Source: Betaproteobacteria bacterium (GTDB lineage Bacteria > Pseudomonadota > Gammaproteobacteria > Burkholderiales > SG8-41). Taken from it: 64,000 nt of DNA. The stretch spans positions 3,912 to 67,911 of the forward strand of contig JACPTK010000025.1 of assembly GCA_016192825.1 (NCBI GenBank). The letters are read 5' to 3'. Both the position numbers and the translations under genes were made by a program. The first letter of the stretch is position 1; each line of letters opens with the position of its first letter. The notes under the pieces were generated by a model. It made no database searches, had not been told where the DNA came from, and saw only the letters and a program-made list of their open reading frames with translations. Shown here piece by piece: positions 40,066-49,597 of this stretch.

Positions 40066-41199
40066 GTGCTGATTACGGCCGCGCTCTTTCTCGCCGCCCT
40101 GTTCGTCGCTTATGCCAACGGCGCGAACGACAACTTCAAGGGCGTCGCGACCCTCTATGGCAGCGCTGCGGCCACCTACAAGGGCGCCGTCGCGCTGGCT
40201 ACCGTCACGACATTCGCCGGCTCGATCGCGTCGGTGTACCTCGCCACTGCGCTGATGGAGGCGTTTTCAGGAATAGGGCTGGTGCCGGCGGCGATCGCCG
40301 CCTCGCCGGATTTCGTGCTGGCGGTGGCCGCGGGCGCCGGCGCGACCGTTCTCCTGGCGACGATGCTGGGGCAGCCGGTGTCCACGACGCACGCGCTGAC
40401 CGGCGCATTGACCGGCGCCGGGCTGCTGGCAGCCGGGACGCAGCTCGATGTCGCGCGACTGGGCATGGGTTTTTTCGCCCCGCTTCTGCTGGGCCCCCTG
40501 CTTGCGTTGCTGCTGACCGTCCCCCTCTACCGGACGTTGAGTGCGCTGGCGCGGCGGTTCGACATCAGGCGGGAGACCTGCATTTGCGTCGGCGCAAGGG
40601 AGTTCATCCCGGTGCGGCAACTGCCGTACCACGCGGCCGTGCGGCAATACACCCTGCCCGCCCCGGCCGTCCAGATGGCAGTCGGCATGCGTGAAGAATG
40701 CGTGGAGCGGTATCAGGGACGGCTCCTTGGCGTCTCCGCGCACGAGATGGTGAACGCGCTGCATTACCTGAGCGCCGGCATCGTGAGCTTCGCGAGAGGC
40801 CTCAACGACACGCCGAAGATCGTCGGCCTGCTGCTGGCCGTCCAGGCATTGAACGCCGAATTCGGCAGTTGGGCGATCGCGGCGGCCATGGCGGCCGGCG
40901 GACTGCTCAATGCACGAAAAGTCGCCGTCACCATGAGCAAACGGATCTCGCGCATGAACGAGGGACAGGCACTGGCGGCGAACCTGGTCACCGGACTGCT
41001 GGTGATCCTCGCGAGCCGTTTCGGCCTGCCGGTTTCGACCACTCACGTTTCCGTGGGTGCGATCGGCGCGATCGGCCTCGCCAATGGTTCCGCCCACAGG
41101 GGCGTGATCGGCGGGATCCTCGCCTCCTGGCTGCTGACACTGCCGGTCGCGGCGATGGTCGGCGCGCTGGCTTACGTGGTACTGCGTTCTTTCCACTGA
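40066..41199 (+). CDS. PiT-family inorganic anion (phosphate/arsenate-type) transporter
   Basis: 377-aa polytopic ORF with a duplicated 'GANDNFKG'/'GLNDTPK' PHO4 signature. It has a GTG start. Confidence 0.7.
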   Translation: MLITAALFLAALFVAYANGANDNFKGVATLYGSAAATYKGAVALATVTTFAGSIASVYLATALMEAFSGIGLVPAAIAASPDFVLAVAAGAGATVLLATMLGQPVSTTHALTGALTGAGLLAAGTQLDVARLGMGFFAPLLLGPLLALLLTVPLYRTLSALARRFDIRRETCICVGAREFIPVRQLPYHAAVRQYTLPAPAVQMAVGMREECVERYQGRLLGVSAHEMVNALHYLSAGIVSFARGLNDTPKIVGLLLAVQALNAEFGSWAIAAAMAAGGLLNARKVAVTMSKRISRMNEGQALAANLVTGLLVILASRFGLPVSTTHVSVGAIGAIGLANGSAHRGVIGGILASWLLTLPVAAMVGALAYVVLRSFH

Positions 41200-41216
41200 A
41201 TCGAAGCGGAGTGAAA

Positions 41217-42191
41217 ATGGACACGTCCTACCTTTCTACGACGCGAGACGTCTACCGGGAAGCCGCGCTCAACCCGGAGGAGGGGCTATGCTGCACCACG
41301 ACGCCGGTCTGGCAGCTTCCCGAGCTCGCGATCCCCCAGAAGATGCTCGCCATGAACTATGGTTGCGGCAGCACGGTGCACCCGCGCGATCTCGTCGGTT
41401 CCCCGACCATACTCTACGTCGGCGCCGGCGGCGGAATGGAGTTGCTGCAATTCGCGTATTTCTCGCGCCGCAACGACGGCGTAATCGGCCTGGACGTCGT
41501 CGATGAAATGCTCGCGGCGTGCCGCGCCAACCTGCGGGAGGCCGAGCTGCACAACCCTTGGTTCAAGTCCTCCTTCGTGGATCTGCGCAAGGGCGACGCC
41601 CTCGCTCTTCCCATTGGCGACGCGGCCGTGGATGTGGCGGCGCAAAACTGCCTGTTCAACATCTTTCACAAACGCGATCTGGAACGCGCGCTGTCGGAGA
41701 TGTACCGGGTGTTGAAACCGCACGGGCGGCTGATCCTCTCCGACCCGGTGTGCGAAGCCGAGATCCCCGCGCACCTGAAGAACAACGAGAAGCTGCGGGC
41801 GCTGTGCCTGACCGGAGCGATCCCCCTCAACGAGTACGTCACGCGCCTGACCGACACGGGTTTCGGCACCATCGAGGTGCGCGCCAGGCGGCCGTACCGC
41901 GTCCTGTCGCCGCGCCACTATCCGACGGACCGGCTGATCTTCATCGAGAGCGTGGAGATTTGCGCCATCAAGGACCCGATGCCGGCCGATGGTCCCTGCG
42001 TCTTCACGGGGAAGACGGCGATCTATTTCGGCGACGACGATTATTTCGACGACAACAAGGGGCACTTCATGACCCGCAACCAGCCGCTCGCCGTGTGCGA
42101 CAAGACGGCCGGCGCGCTCGCCGCGCTGGGCCGGGACGACATATACATTTCCGGATCCACCTGGTTCTACGACGGCGGAGGATGCTGCTGA
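41217..42191 (+). CDS. arsM: Arsenite S-adenosylmethionine methyltransferase
   Basis: The SAM fold is 'ILYVGAGGGMEL...GLDVVDEML'. Conserved Cys residues are 'GLCCTT', 'NYGCGS' and 'ALCLTGA'. The C-terminus 'GGGCC' is typical of cluster-associated ArsM. Confidence 0.85.
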   Translation: MDTSYLSTTRDVYREAALNPEEGLCCTTTPVWQLPELAIPQKMLAMNYGCGSTVHPRDLVGSPTILYVGAGGGMELLQFAYFSRRNDGVIGLDVVDEMLAACRANLREAELHNPWFKSSFVDLRKGDALALPIGDAAVDVAAQNCLFNIFHKRDLERALSEMYRVLKPHGRLILSDPVCEAEIPAHLKNNEKLRALCLTGAIPLNEYVTRLTDTGFGTIEVRARRPYRVLSPRHYPTDRLIFIESVEICAIKDPMPADGPCVFTGKTAIYFGDDDYFDDNKGHFMTRNQPLAVCDKTAGALAALGRDDIYISGSTWFYDGGGCC

Positions 42192-42283
42192 CTTCAGCGC
42201 CCCCGGGCAGCGCCACGAGGCCGGCGCTCGATTGCTCCCGGCCATTCAATGGCAAGACAGCAGCATCCTGAGGAGAACGCCTG

Positions 42284-44431
42284 GTGACGAAGAGCAGGCT
42301 CGCGCTGGTCGCCGCGCTCGTAGTGCTGATCGCGGCGTTCTTCGCCGCCGGCGGCCACCGTTACCTCACCTTCGAGGGCATCAAGGCGCAGCAGGCGGCG
42401 ATCGAGGCCTATTACCAGGCGCACCCGTGGCGCACCGCCCTGGGTTACTTCCTCGCCTACGTCGCCGTCACCGGACTCTCGCTGCCGGGCGCGGCGGTCA
42501 TGACGCTCGCCGGCGGCGCCGTTTTCGGGCTGCTATGGGGCACCGTGATCGTCTCGTTCGCGTCCAGCATCGGCGCGACGCTCGCGTTTCTGGCCTCCCG
42601 GTTCGTGTTGCGCGACTGGGTGCAAAGCCGGTTCAGTCGCAACCTGCGCGCCCTGAACGACGGCGTCGCGAAAGAAGGCGCCTTCTACCTCTTCACGCTG
42701 CGGTTGATTCCCGCGATCCCCTTCTTCGCCATCAACCTCGCGATGGGACTCACGCCGATCCGCGCCTGGACCTTTTACGGGGTGAGCCAGGCGGGGATGC
42801 TCGCCGGCACCCTCGTCTACGTGAACGCCGGCACGCAGCTCGCCGCGATCGAGTCGCCGTCGGGCATCCTCTCGCCGGGGCTGATCGGCGCTTTCCTGCT
42901 GCTCGGCTTCTTTCCGCTGGTCGCGAAGCGGATCGTGGACATCGTCAAGACGCGCAAGGTTTACGCGCGGTGGAAGCGGCCCGTCCGCTTCGACCGCAAC
43001 CTGGTCGTGATCGGCGCCGGCTCCGCCGGCCTCGTGTCGGCTTATATCGCCGCCGCCGTGAAGGCGAAGGTCACCCTGGTCGAGAAGCACCGGATGGGCG
43101 GCGATTGCCTCAACACGGGCTGCGTGCCCTCCAAGGCACTCATCAAGTCGGCGCGGCTGCTCGCCCAGATCCGGCGCGCGCAGGAGTTCGGGATCAAGTC
43201 GGCAAACGCGGAGTTCGATTTTGCCGACGTGATGGAGCGGGTGCAGCGGGTGATCAGGACCGTGGAGCCGCACGACTCGGTGGAGCGCTATACCAGCCTC
43301 GGCGTGGAATGTCTCCAGGGCGAGGCGAAGATCACCTCGCCGTGGACTGTAGAAGTCACGACCGCCGGCAGCACACGCACGCTCACCACGCGCGCCATCG
43401 TGATCGCGGCCGGCGCCCGCCCCTTCGTGCCGCCCATACCCGGCATCGAGGATGTGGGCTATGTGACCTCCGACACGGTATGGGGGCTGCGGCAGCTGCC
43501 GAAACGGCTGGTCGTTCTGGGTGGCGGCCCCATAGGCTGCGAGCTTACGCAATGCTTCGCGCGCTTCGGCTCGCAAGTCACCCAGGTCGAGATGCTCCCG
43601 CGCATCCTGATCCGCGAGGATCCCGAGATCTCACGGATGGTGGCGGACCGCTTCCAGGCGGAGGGCATCAACGTCCTCGTCAACCACAAGGCCAAGGCGT
43701 TCCGGATTGAGAACGGCGAGAAGGTTCTCATCGCCGAGCATGACGGGCGCGACGTGCGTATCCCCTTCGACGAGCTGCTGTGCGCGGTGGGGCGCATGCC
43801 CAACACGCGGGGATTTGGCCTGGAAGAGTTGGGCATCCCCGTAACCCGGATGAAGACCGTCGAGACCAACGAGTACCTCCAGACGATCTACCCCAACATT
43901 TACGCCTGCGGCGACGTCGCGGGGCCGTACCAGTTCACCCATACCGCCTCCCACCAGGCGTGGTATGCGGCGGTGAACGCCTTGTTCGGCCGCTTCTGGA
44001 AGTTCAAGGCCGATTACTCGGTCATTCCATGGGCGACCTTCACCGAGCCGGAAGTTGCCCGCGTCGGGCTCAACGAGATCGAAGCGAAGGAAAAGAACAT
44101 TCCGTACGAGGTCACGACCTACGGCATCGACGACCTCGACCGGGCGATTGCCGACGGGGAGGCTCACGGGGTCGTCAAGGTCCTCACGGTGCCGGGCAAG
44201 GACAAGGTGCTCGGGGTGACCATCGCTGGTGAACATGCCGGCGATCTGATCGTCGAATACATTGTAGCCATGCGTTATGGAATCGGGTTGAACAAGATCC
44301 TCGGCGCGATCCATATCTACCCGACGCTCGCCGAGGCCAACAAGTACGCGGCGGGTGCCTGGAAGAAGGCGCATGCCCCGGAAGGGTTGTTGCGCCAGGT
44401 GGAACGTCTCCACGCGTGGATGCGCGGCTGA
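42284..44431 (+). CDS. Fusion of a TVP38/TMEM64 (DedA-like) membrane domain with a mercuric-reductase-like FAD-dependent disulfide oxidoreductase
   Basis: The N-terminal TM region has 'PGAAVMTLAGGAVFG'. This is followed by 'VVIGAGSAGLVSAY...GGDCLNTGCVPSK' and a dimerisation domain. The GTG start has a GAGGAG RBS. Confidence 0.85.
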   Translation: MTKSRLALVAALVVLIAAFFAAGGHRYLTFEGIKAQQAAIEAYYQAHPWRTALGYFLAYVAVTGLSLPGAAVMTLAGGAVFGLLWGTVIVSFASSIGATLAFLASRFVLRDWVQSRFSRNLRALNDGVAKEGAFYLFTLRLIPAIPFFAINLAMGLTPIRAWTFYGVSQAGMLAGTLVYVNAGTQLAAIESPSGILSPGLIGAFLLLGFFPLVAKRIVDIVKTRKVYARWKRPVRFDRNLVVIGAGSAGLVSAYIAAAVKAKVTLVEKHRMGGDCLNTGCVPSKALIKSARLLAQIRRAQEFGIKSANAEFDFADVMERVQRVIRTVEPHDSVERYTSLGVECLQGEAKITSPWTVEVTTAGSTRTLTTRAIVIAAGARPFVPPIPGIEDVGYVTSDTVWGLRQLPKRLVVLGGGPIGCELTQCFARFGSQVTQVEMLPRILIREDPEISRMVADRFQAEGINVLVNHKAKAFRIENGEKVLIAEHDGRDVRIPFDELLCAVGRMPNTRGFGLEELGIPVTRMKTVETNEYLQTIYPNIYACGDVAGPYQFTHTASHQAWYAAVNALFGRFWKFKADYSVIPWATFTEPEVARVGLNEIEAKEKNIPYEVTTYGIDDLDRAIADGEAHGVVKVLTVPGKDKVLGVTIAGEHAGDLIVEYIVAMRYGIGLNKILGAIHIYPTLAEANKYAAGAWKKAHAPEGLLRQVERLHAWMRG

Positions 44432-44670
44432 AATTCTCGCGCCTGATCGGCGTGCTCTGCGCCGGCGAAGAACTCGGCGCGCGGTGCCTGGTGGCGCTCG
44501 CTGCGACCGACCAGGATCAGGCCATCGCGGACTACGCAGGGCTCGGAATCGAGACGGCGCGCGCGGTGGCGGATCTGCTCGAGGACACCCGGGTCGATGC
44601 CGACGGTTTCTGGCGCGAAGTAGCCACGCGGCTCGCCGGCTGGCGCCGCGCGGCAGGGCTGCCCGCATGA
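44416..44670 (+). CDS. Small hypothetical protein, translationally coupled on both sides
   Basis: An 84-aa ORF. It overlaps the preceding stop by 16 nt, and its own stop overlaps the next ATG (ATGA). No family was recognised, and it could be a high-GC artefact. Confidence 0.3.
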   Translation: MDARLKFSRLIGVLCAGEELGARCLVALAATDQDQAIADYAGLGIETARAVADLLEDTRVDADGFWREVATRLAGWRRAAGLPA

Positions 44671-45332
44671 TCTCGATCGTGATCCCGGCGCTCCGCGAGG
44701 AGAAGGCGCTGCCCGCCACGCTCGACGCCGTTCGCGCACAACTCGGAGACCACGAGGTGATCGTCGCCGATGGCGGCAGCGGCGATCGCACCTGCGCCAT
44801 CGCCGAGTGCGCGGGGGCGCGGATCGTGCGCTCGCCGCCCGGCCGTGCCCGTCAGATGAATGCCGGGGCACGGTGCGCCCGCGGCGAGTGGCTGCTCTTC
44901 CTGCACGCCGACACGCTGCTGCCCACTGGCGCGCTCGAGGCCATCGCCAGCCTGCCGGCGACGGTCGAGGCGGGATGTTTTCACCAGACGTTTAACCATC
45001 CGCACCCGCTGCTCTCGGTCATCTCGCGCCTGCACAACTGGCGTTGCCGCGCAACCCGGATCATGTACGGCGATCAGGCAATGTTCGTGCGGCGCCGCGT
45101 CTTCGAGGAGCTGGGCGGCTTTCCCGAAGCCCATCTCGAGGACGTGAGGCTTTCGGAACGACTGCGGAAGCGTGCGGTACCGGCGTTGCTGCCCGCGGCG
45201 GTCGTCACCGACGCGCGCAAGTTTCTCGCGCATGGCATCATCCGCAGCTTCGCGCGCATCGTATTGATCCTGGTATGCCACCGGCTGGGGCTGCCTCTCG
45301 CGGGACGCCGTTTCCTGGAGCCGGTGCGTTGA
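44667..45332 (+). CDS. TIGR04283-type family-2 glycosyltransferase (arsenosugar cluster)
   Basis: 'ISIVIPALREEKALPATL...VIVADGGSGDRT...GRARQMNAGA...LLFLHADT'. Confidence 0.75.
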   Translation: MISIVIPALREEKALPATLDAVRAQLGDHEVIVADGGSGDRTCAIAECAGARIVRSPPGRARQMNAGARCARGEWLLFLHADTLLPTGALEAIASLPATVEAGCFHQTFNHPHPLLSVISRLHNWRCRATRIMYGDQAMFVRRRVFEELGGFPEAHLEDVRLSERLRKRAVPALLPAAVVTDARKFLAHGIIRSFARIVLILVCHRLGLPLAGRRFLEPVR

Positions 45333-45342
45333 TCACTGGAGA

Positions 45343-46173
45343 ATGCGCGTGAAGCGGCTCGTCGTGGCTCTCGTCCTGACCCTCGGATTGCCGGCGGTCG
45401 CGCTGGCGCAGGACTTCGATCATCAGCACACGGCCTGGAGCAGGCTGCTGAAACAGTACGTGGTCCTCGTCGACGGGGGTAAGGCGTCCCGGGTCCGCTA
45501 CGAAGGCTTCCAGCAGGACCGCGCGCAGCTCAAGGCCTATCTCGAGTCCCTGTCGAGGGTGTCCGAGCAGGCGTTCAGAGGATGGAGCAAGGAGCAACAG
45601 CTCGCTTTCCTCATCAACGCCTACAACGCCGGCACGGTCGAAAAAATCCTCACCCGCTACCCGAATATCAAGTCGATCTGGGACTTCGGCAAGGTGTTCG
45701 GCCACCCGTTCAAGGACAGGTTCATCCGGCTGCTGGGCAGGGAGATGAGCCTGGACAACATCGAGCACGAAACCATCCGCGCGGAGGGCGCGTACAACGA
45801 TCCGCGCATTCACTTCGCGGTCAACTGCGCCGCGATCACCTGCCCGATGCTGCGCGAGGAGGCCTACGCCGCGGAGCGCCTGAACCGGCAACTCGAGGAG
45901 CAGACGGTCCGTTTCCTCTCCGACCGCTCGCGCAACCGCTACAACCGGGAAACCCGCGCGCTCGAGGTCTCCAAGATTTTCGATTCCTTCCCATGGTATG
46001 GCGGCGATTTCCGGAAAGGCTGGAAGGGTTTCAATTCGCTCGAGCAGTTCTTCGCCCGCTACGCCGGCGCGCTGGCCGGCGACCCCGGCCATCAGAAGGA
46101 AATACGGGAGCAGAAGGCCGAGATCCGGTTTCTGGACTATGATTGGGCATTGAACGACGCCAGGAAACCCTGA
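45343..46173 (+). CDS. DUF547 domain protein (secreted)
   Basis: It has a signal peptide. The body has 'AFLINAYNAGTVEKIL...IEHETIR...DPRIHFAVNCAAITCPML'. Confidence 0.8.
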   Translation: MRVKRLVVALVLTLGLPAVALAQDFDHQHTAWSRLLKQYVVLVDGGKASRVRYEGFQQDRAQLKAYLESLSRVSEQAFRGWSKEQQLAFLINAYNAGTVEKILTRYPNIKSIWDFGKVFGHPFKDRFIRLLGREMSLDNIEHETIRAEGAYNDPRIHFAVNCAAITCPMLREEAYAAERLNRQLEEQTVRFLSDRSRNRYNRETRALEVSKIFDSFPWYGGDFRKGWKGFNSLEQFFARYAGALAGDPGHQKEIREQKAEIRFLDYDWALNDARKP

Positions 46174-46201
46174 GCGGTCAGCTCCCAGCGGCCAGCTGTC
46201 A
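46174..46201. repeat. Heptamer-periodic tandem repeat (NNNNCAG x4)
   Basis: It reads cggtcag ctcccag cggccag ctgtcag. A second 7-nt periodic run (tcgtagc tcgcggc tgatagc tgaatgc) follows at about 46239-46266. Confidence 0.45.
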
Positions 46202-46262
46202 GCCGGGGGTTCTTGAGAGTGGACTTGCCGATCGTTGCTCGTAGCTCGCGGCTGATAGCTGA

Positions 46263-46967
46263 ATGCTCTCGATCATTGTTCCCTGCCTGAACGAGGCGGA
46301 AGGCATCCGCGATACGCTCGCCGCGCTCGCGCCTCTGCGGGCGCGTGGCGCCGAGGTGATCGTGGTGGACGGCGGCAGCCGTGACGGCACGATCGAACGC
46401 GCCGCGCCGCTCGCGGACGTCGCCCTCTCCGCCCCGCGTGGACGCGCCTCCCAGATGAACGCCGGCGCCGCGCGCGCCCGCGGCGAGATCCTGCTGTTCC
46501 TGCACGCCGATACCCTGCTGCCGGAGGCGGCCGATGCGCTGATCGTCGAGGGCCTCAAGCGGCTGCGCCGCGGCTGGGGCCGCTTCGACGTCACCATCGC
46601 CGCCCGGCATCCGTTGCTGCGGGTGGTGGAGCGGCTCATGAACCTGCGTTCGCGGCTCACAGGCATCGCCACCGGCGACCAGGCGATCTTCGTGACCCGC
46701 TCGCTGTTCACGGCGGCGGGCGGCTATCCGGACATCGCCCTCATGGAGGACGTCGCTCTGTCCAAGCGCCTCAAGCGTTACGGACCGCCGCTGTGCCTGA
46801 AGCACCGCCTCACCACCTCGGGACGCCGCTGGGAGAAGCACGGTGTGCTGCGCACCATCCTGCTGATGTGGCGGCTGCGGTTCTCTTACTGGCTCGGCTC
46901 GGACCCCGCCAAGCTCGCGATGCGCTATGGTTTTCCGTCCGGCCTGCGGTCCGACGGAAAACCATAA
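46263..46967 (+). CDS. TIGR04283-type family-2 glycosyltransferase, second copy
   Basis: 'LSIIVPCLNEAEGI...VIVVDGGSRDGT...GRASQMNAGA...LLFLHADT'. It is a paralogue of 44667..45332. Confidence 0.78.
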   Translation: MLSIIVPCLNEAEGIRDTLAALAPLRARGAEVIVVDGGSRDGTIERAAPLADVALSAPRGRASQMNAGAARARGEILLFLHADTLLPEAADALIVEGLKRLRRGWGRFDVTIAARHPLLRVVERLMNLRSRLTGIATGDQAIFVTRSLFTAAGGYPDIALMEDVALSKRLKRYGPPLCLKHRLTTSGRRWEKHGVLRTILLMWRLRFSYWLGSDPAKLAMRYGFPSGLRSDGKP

Positions 46968-47015
46968 TTGAGAGAGTGTCCATGAACCCATCCGGGTCGG
47001 ACCAGCGCAACATTT

Positions 47016-47049
47016 AGGATTCTGTCGGATGCCTATTCGACAGAATCCT
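47016..47049. repeat. REP-like hairpin whose loop contains the start codon of the next gene
   Basis: It reads AGGATTCTGTCG-GATGCCTATT-CGACAGAATCCT. The ATG at 47029 lies in the loop. Confidence 0.65.
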
Positions 47050-47673
47050 GTGGTCATCGTCTTCGCCAAGGCGCCGCAGCCGGGCGCGGTCAAGACGCGG
47101 CTCATTCCCCTGCTGGGAGCGGAAGGCGCGGCCGCGCTCCACGCGCGACTGGTCGAGGGCGCGCTCAAGACGGCGCGCGCGGCCTCCTTCGCCCGGATCG
47201 AGCTCCATTGCGCGCCCGACAGCGACGACCCCTTTTTCCGCTACTGCGCGGGGCATTACGGCGCCGTGCTGGAAATCCAGGCTGAGGGCGATCTCGGCGC
47301 GCGCATGCGGGTCGCATTCGAGCGGGCGCTGCGCGAAAGCGCGCGCGTGCTGCTCATCGGGTCGGACTGCCCTGCCATCACCGCGCGCCATCTGCGGCAG
47401 GCGGAGCGCGCGTTGCGCGAGGGCGCCGATGCCGTATTCGCCCCGTGCGAGGACGGCGGCTACGCGCTGGCCGGCCTGCGGCGCGCCGAAGCGACGCTGT
47501 TCGACGGCATCGCCTGGGGCAGTGACACCGTGATGGCGGATACCCGCGCGCGTCTCACCGCTCTCGGCTGGCGCTGGCGCGAGCTCGAGAAGCTATGGGA
47601 TGTGGACCGCCCCGAGGATTACGCACGCCTCATGGATTCCGGCCTGCTCGAGGAGCGACGCGCGACCGGATAG
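47029..47673 (+). CDS. TIGR04282-type (DUF2064) glycosyltransferase-like protein (arsenosugar cluster)
   Basis: 'VVIVFAKAPQPGAVKTRL...LLIGSDCPAIT...APCEDGGYALAGL'. Confidence 0.8.
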   Translation: MPIRQNPVVIVFAKAPQPGAVKTRLIPLLGAEGAAALHARLVEGALKTARAASFARIELHCAPDSDDPFFRYCAGHYGAVLEIQAEGDLGARMRVAFERALRESARVLLIGSDCPAITARHLRQAERALREGADAVFAPCEDGGYALAGLRRAEATLFDGIAWGSDTVMADTRARLTALGWRWRELEKLWDVDRPEDYARLMDSGLLEERRATG

Positions 47674-47706
47674 CACGCACCAGTCATTCAGCACTCAGAG
47701 TTAGAG

Positions 47707-47955
47707 ATGCCCTATACCACACTCATCACCGTAGCGGATCTCGCAGCGCACCTCGATGTCGCCCGCTGGGTCGTCTGCGACTGCCGCCATGACCTGGTGG
47801 ATACCGAAGCAGGGCGTCGCGCCTACGCCGAATCGCACGTACCCAACGCGAGATTCGTGCATCTCGACGAGGACCTGTCCGCGCCGAAAACCGGCCGCAA
47901 CGGCCGCCATCCCCTGCCCGACCCCGACCGGTCTGCGCGGCGTCTTGGTGAACTG
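47707..47955 (+). pseudogene. 5' fragment (83 codons) of a rhodanese/3-mercaptopyruvate sulfurtransferase gene
   Basis: 'MPYTTLITVADLAAHLDVARWVVCDCRHDLVDTEAGRRAYAESHVPNARFVHLDEDLSAPKTGRNGRHPLPDPDRSARRLGEL' parallels residues 1-83 of the intact gene at 50220. Homology ends abruptly at 47955, where the GC content drops. Confidence 0.75.
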
Positions 47956-48061
47956 AACAGCGCATGCATTGCGCGCTTAACGTCTTTTTCGAGGGCGACC
48001 AACCTTCGAAGGAGACCGCACCATGCATGCACTCGTTCCCTCCTCGTCATTTAGCCGTCAG

Positions 48062-49510
48062 CTAAGGAACGACCCTGACTGTATCCCTCCCTTTTACCGG
48101 ATCCCCAGAGTACGTTCGGCCCTCTAAAACCGCCATCATGGCTGAATCACTCAGTTGCAGGGCTTCAGTGCTCACATGGACGACAAGATCCTGCAGGCCA
48201 TCTCCGTTGACATCCTCGAATGACGCCATCGGCGTCCCCTTTCCCTTTAGTTTGACTGGAGCGCCAGCCAGGGCGACAGTTGTGGGGTCCACGGTCCTTG
48301 CATCGAAACTTCGGGTGGTCAAGATAGCCACAGGCACGGTCCCACCAGACCGCAGGTTGATGCTGTTCGGATAGCTTCCCGGCTTGATGTCTATCGGAAC
48401 CGGACAACCGCCGAGCAATCTTTCGGCGTTCTTGTAGGCGTAATTTTCCGCTGCTGAGGACTCGAGCCTGCCGATGAAGGCCCTCGAGAACCTCATCATC
48501 ACATCGATGACTTCAGGGTCCCACTGCCAAGTCGGAAACGCCATATCGGTACCCCACAGGAACCGATCAAAGTGTCTTTCAATGACCGCTTTCCAAATGT
48601 GGACCATTTTTTCCAAGAGAGAATTGTAAAAGCCCTGGTCGTTCATTTTCTCGAGAAAAATCTCCTTGGCGCCTGGCTCATCCGTTTTGAAGTATTGGAA
48701 AAATTCCCCCAAGGACTCCCCGATGTCTAAGGTGTAATACAAGTTAGGGTTCCTATCGAGAAGTCCTTCCAGTTCCGCCATCTCATCCGGAATCCCGTCC
48801 CCGTTTACGTCCCTGGGGTTCCAGCTACCATGAACTTGAGGTCCGTGAATGATCCAAGTCGTGCTTCCATTGTTGTAGCTAACGGCATTTTCAACACCAT
48901 CACGCGACGCGGGATGCGCCATCACGAAGAGTCCTCGATCCGCCAAGCCCCTAGAAATATTCAGAAATCTTGTCGCGTCAGGCCGTACTATTGGCGTGTT
49001 AGTCCCATCGCCTAGCGGTTCATGGTTGAATTGGATTTCTCCAAAACCTGAGAAGAGTCCTGTGTCAAGGACCGGCGCCAATCTCGTTGCGGTGAACCAG
49101 TCCAGCGGATTGAAACGGAAGATCTCGGCAAGGAGAATAAATCTGTCGGGATAAAGGACAAGGAGTCTCTTTGCATTATCGAGAAGCTCCTGCTGTTTAT
49201 CGTCGACGGCGATGCCGTGAAATCCAACGATACATTTGATGTTATTCCGGTCAAGGCTGGAGACGTAGGATGCGGCAGTTAACTCAGTGGCTCCTTCTCT
49301 TGCATCCACACGATATTGGATCCCTTGACCTGGGACTTGTGATGCATAAATGGCAATATGAGCGTGACTCTCGATTAGGGGTCCGTCGTAACTCTGAGCC
49401 GCCGCAAAAGCCTGGAACAATATCCAGACCAGCCCATTTGCAAGCAGCGTGACTGCCAGCGTTCTCTTGCTTCCGGCGACCCGGCGCCTTAAAAAATCCG
49501 CTACCGTCAT
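48062..49510 (-). CDS. Amidohydrolase-fold (TIM-barrel metallohydrolase-like) protein with a C-terminal beta-rich 'DVNGDG' domain
   Basis: The ATG at 49510 has an AGGAGGGG RBS. It has a signal anchor, an 'ESHAHI' HxH-like motif and 'WGTDMAFP'. The C-terminal ~110 aa include 'FEDVNGDGLQDLVVHV'. Confidence 0.6.
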   Translation of the reverse strand: MTVADFLRRRVAGSKRTLAVTLLANGLVWILFQAFAAAQSYDGPLIESHAHIAIYASQVPGQGIQYRVDAREGATELTAASYVSSLDRNNIKCIVGFHGIAVDDKQQELLDNAKRLLVLYPDRFILLAEIFRFNPLDWFTATRLAPVLDTGLFSGFGEIQFNHEPLGDGTNTPIVRPDATRFLNISRGLADRGLFVMAHPASRDGVENAVSYNNGSTTWIIHGPQVHGSWNPRDVNGDGIPDEMAELEGLLDRNPNLYYTLDIGESLGEFFQYFKTDEPGAKEIFLEKMNDQGFYNSLLEKMVHIWKAVIERHFDRFLWGTDMAFPTWQWDPEVIDVMMRFSRAFIGRLESSAAENYAYKNAERLLGGCPVPIDIKPGSYPNSINLRSGGTVPVAILTTRSFDARTVDPTTVALAGAPVKLKGKGTPMASFEDVNGDGLQDLVVHVSTEALQLSDSAMMAVLEGRTYSGDPVKGRDTVRVVP

Positions 49511-49597
49511 TTCCCCTCCTTTTTGCACCAGTTGGCCGCTGCTATTACAAGCCTATTTCCAAGGGCGGCCCATAATCGCTTCGCATTACCAGGAGCG

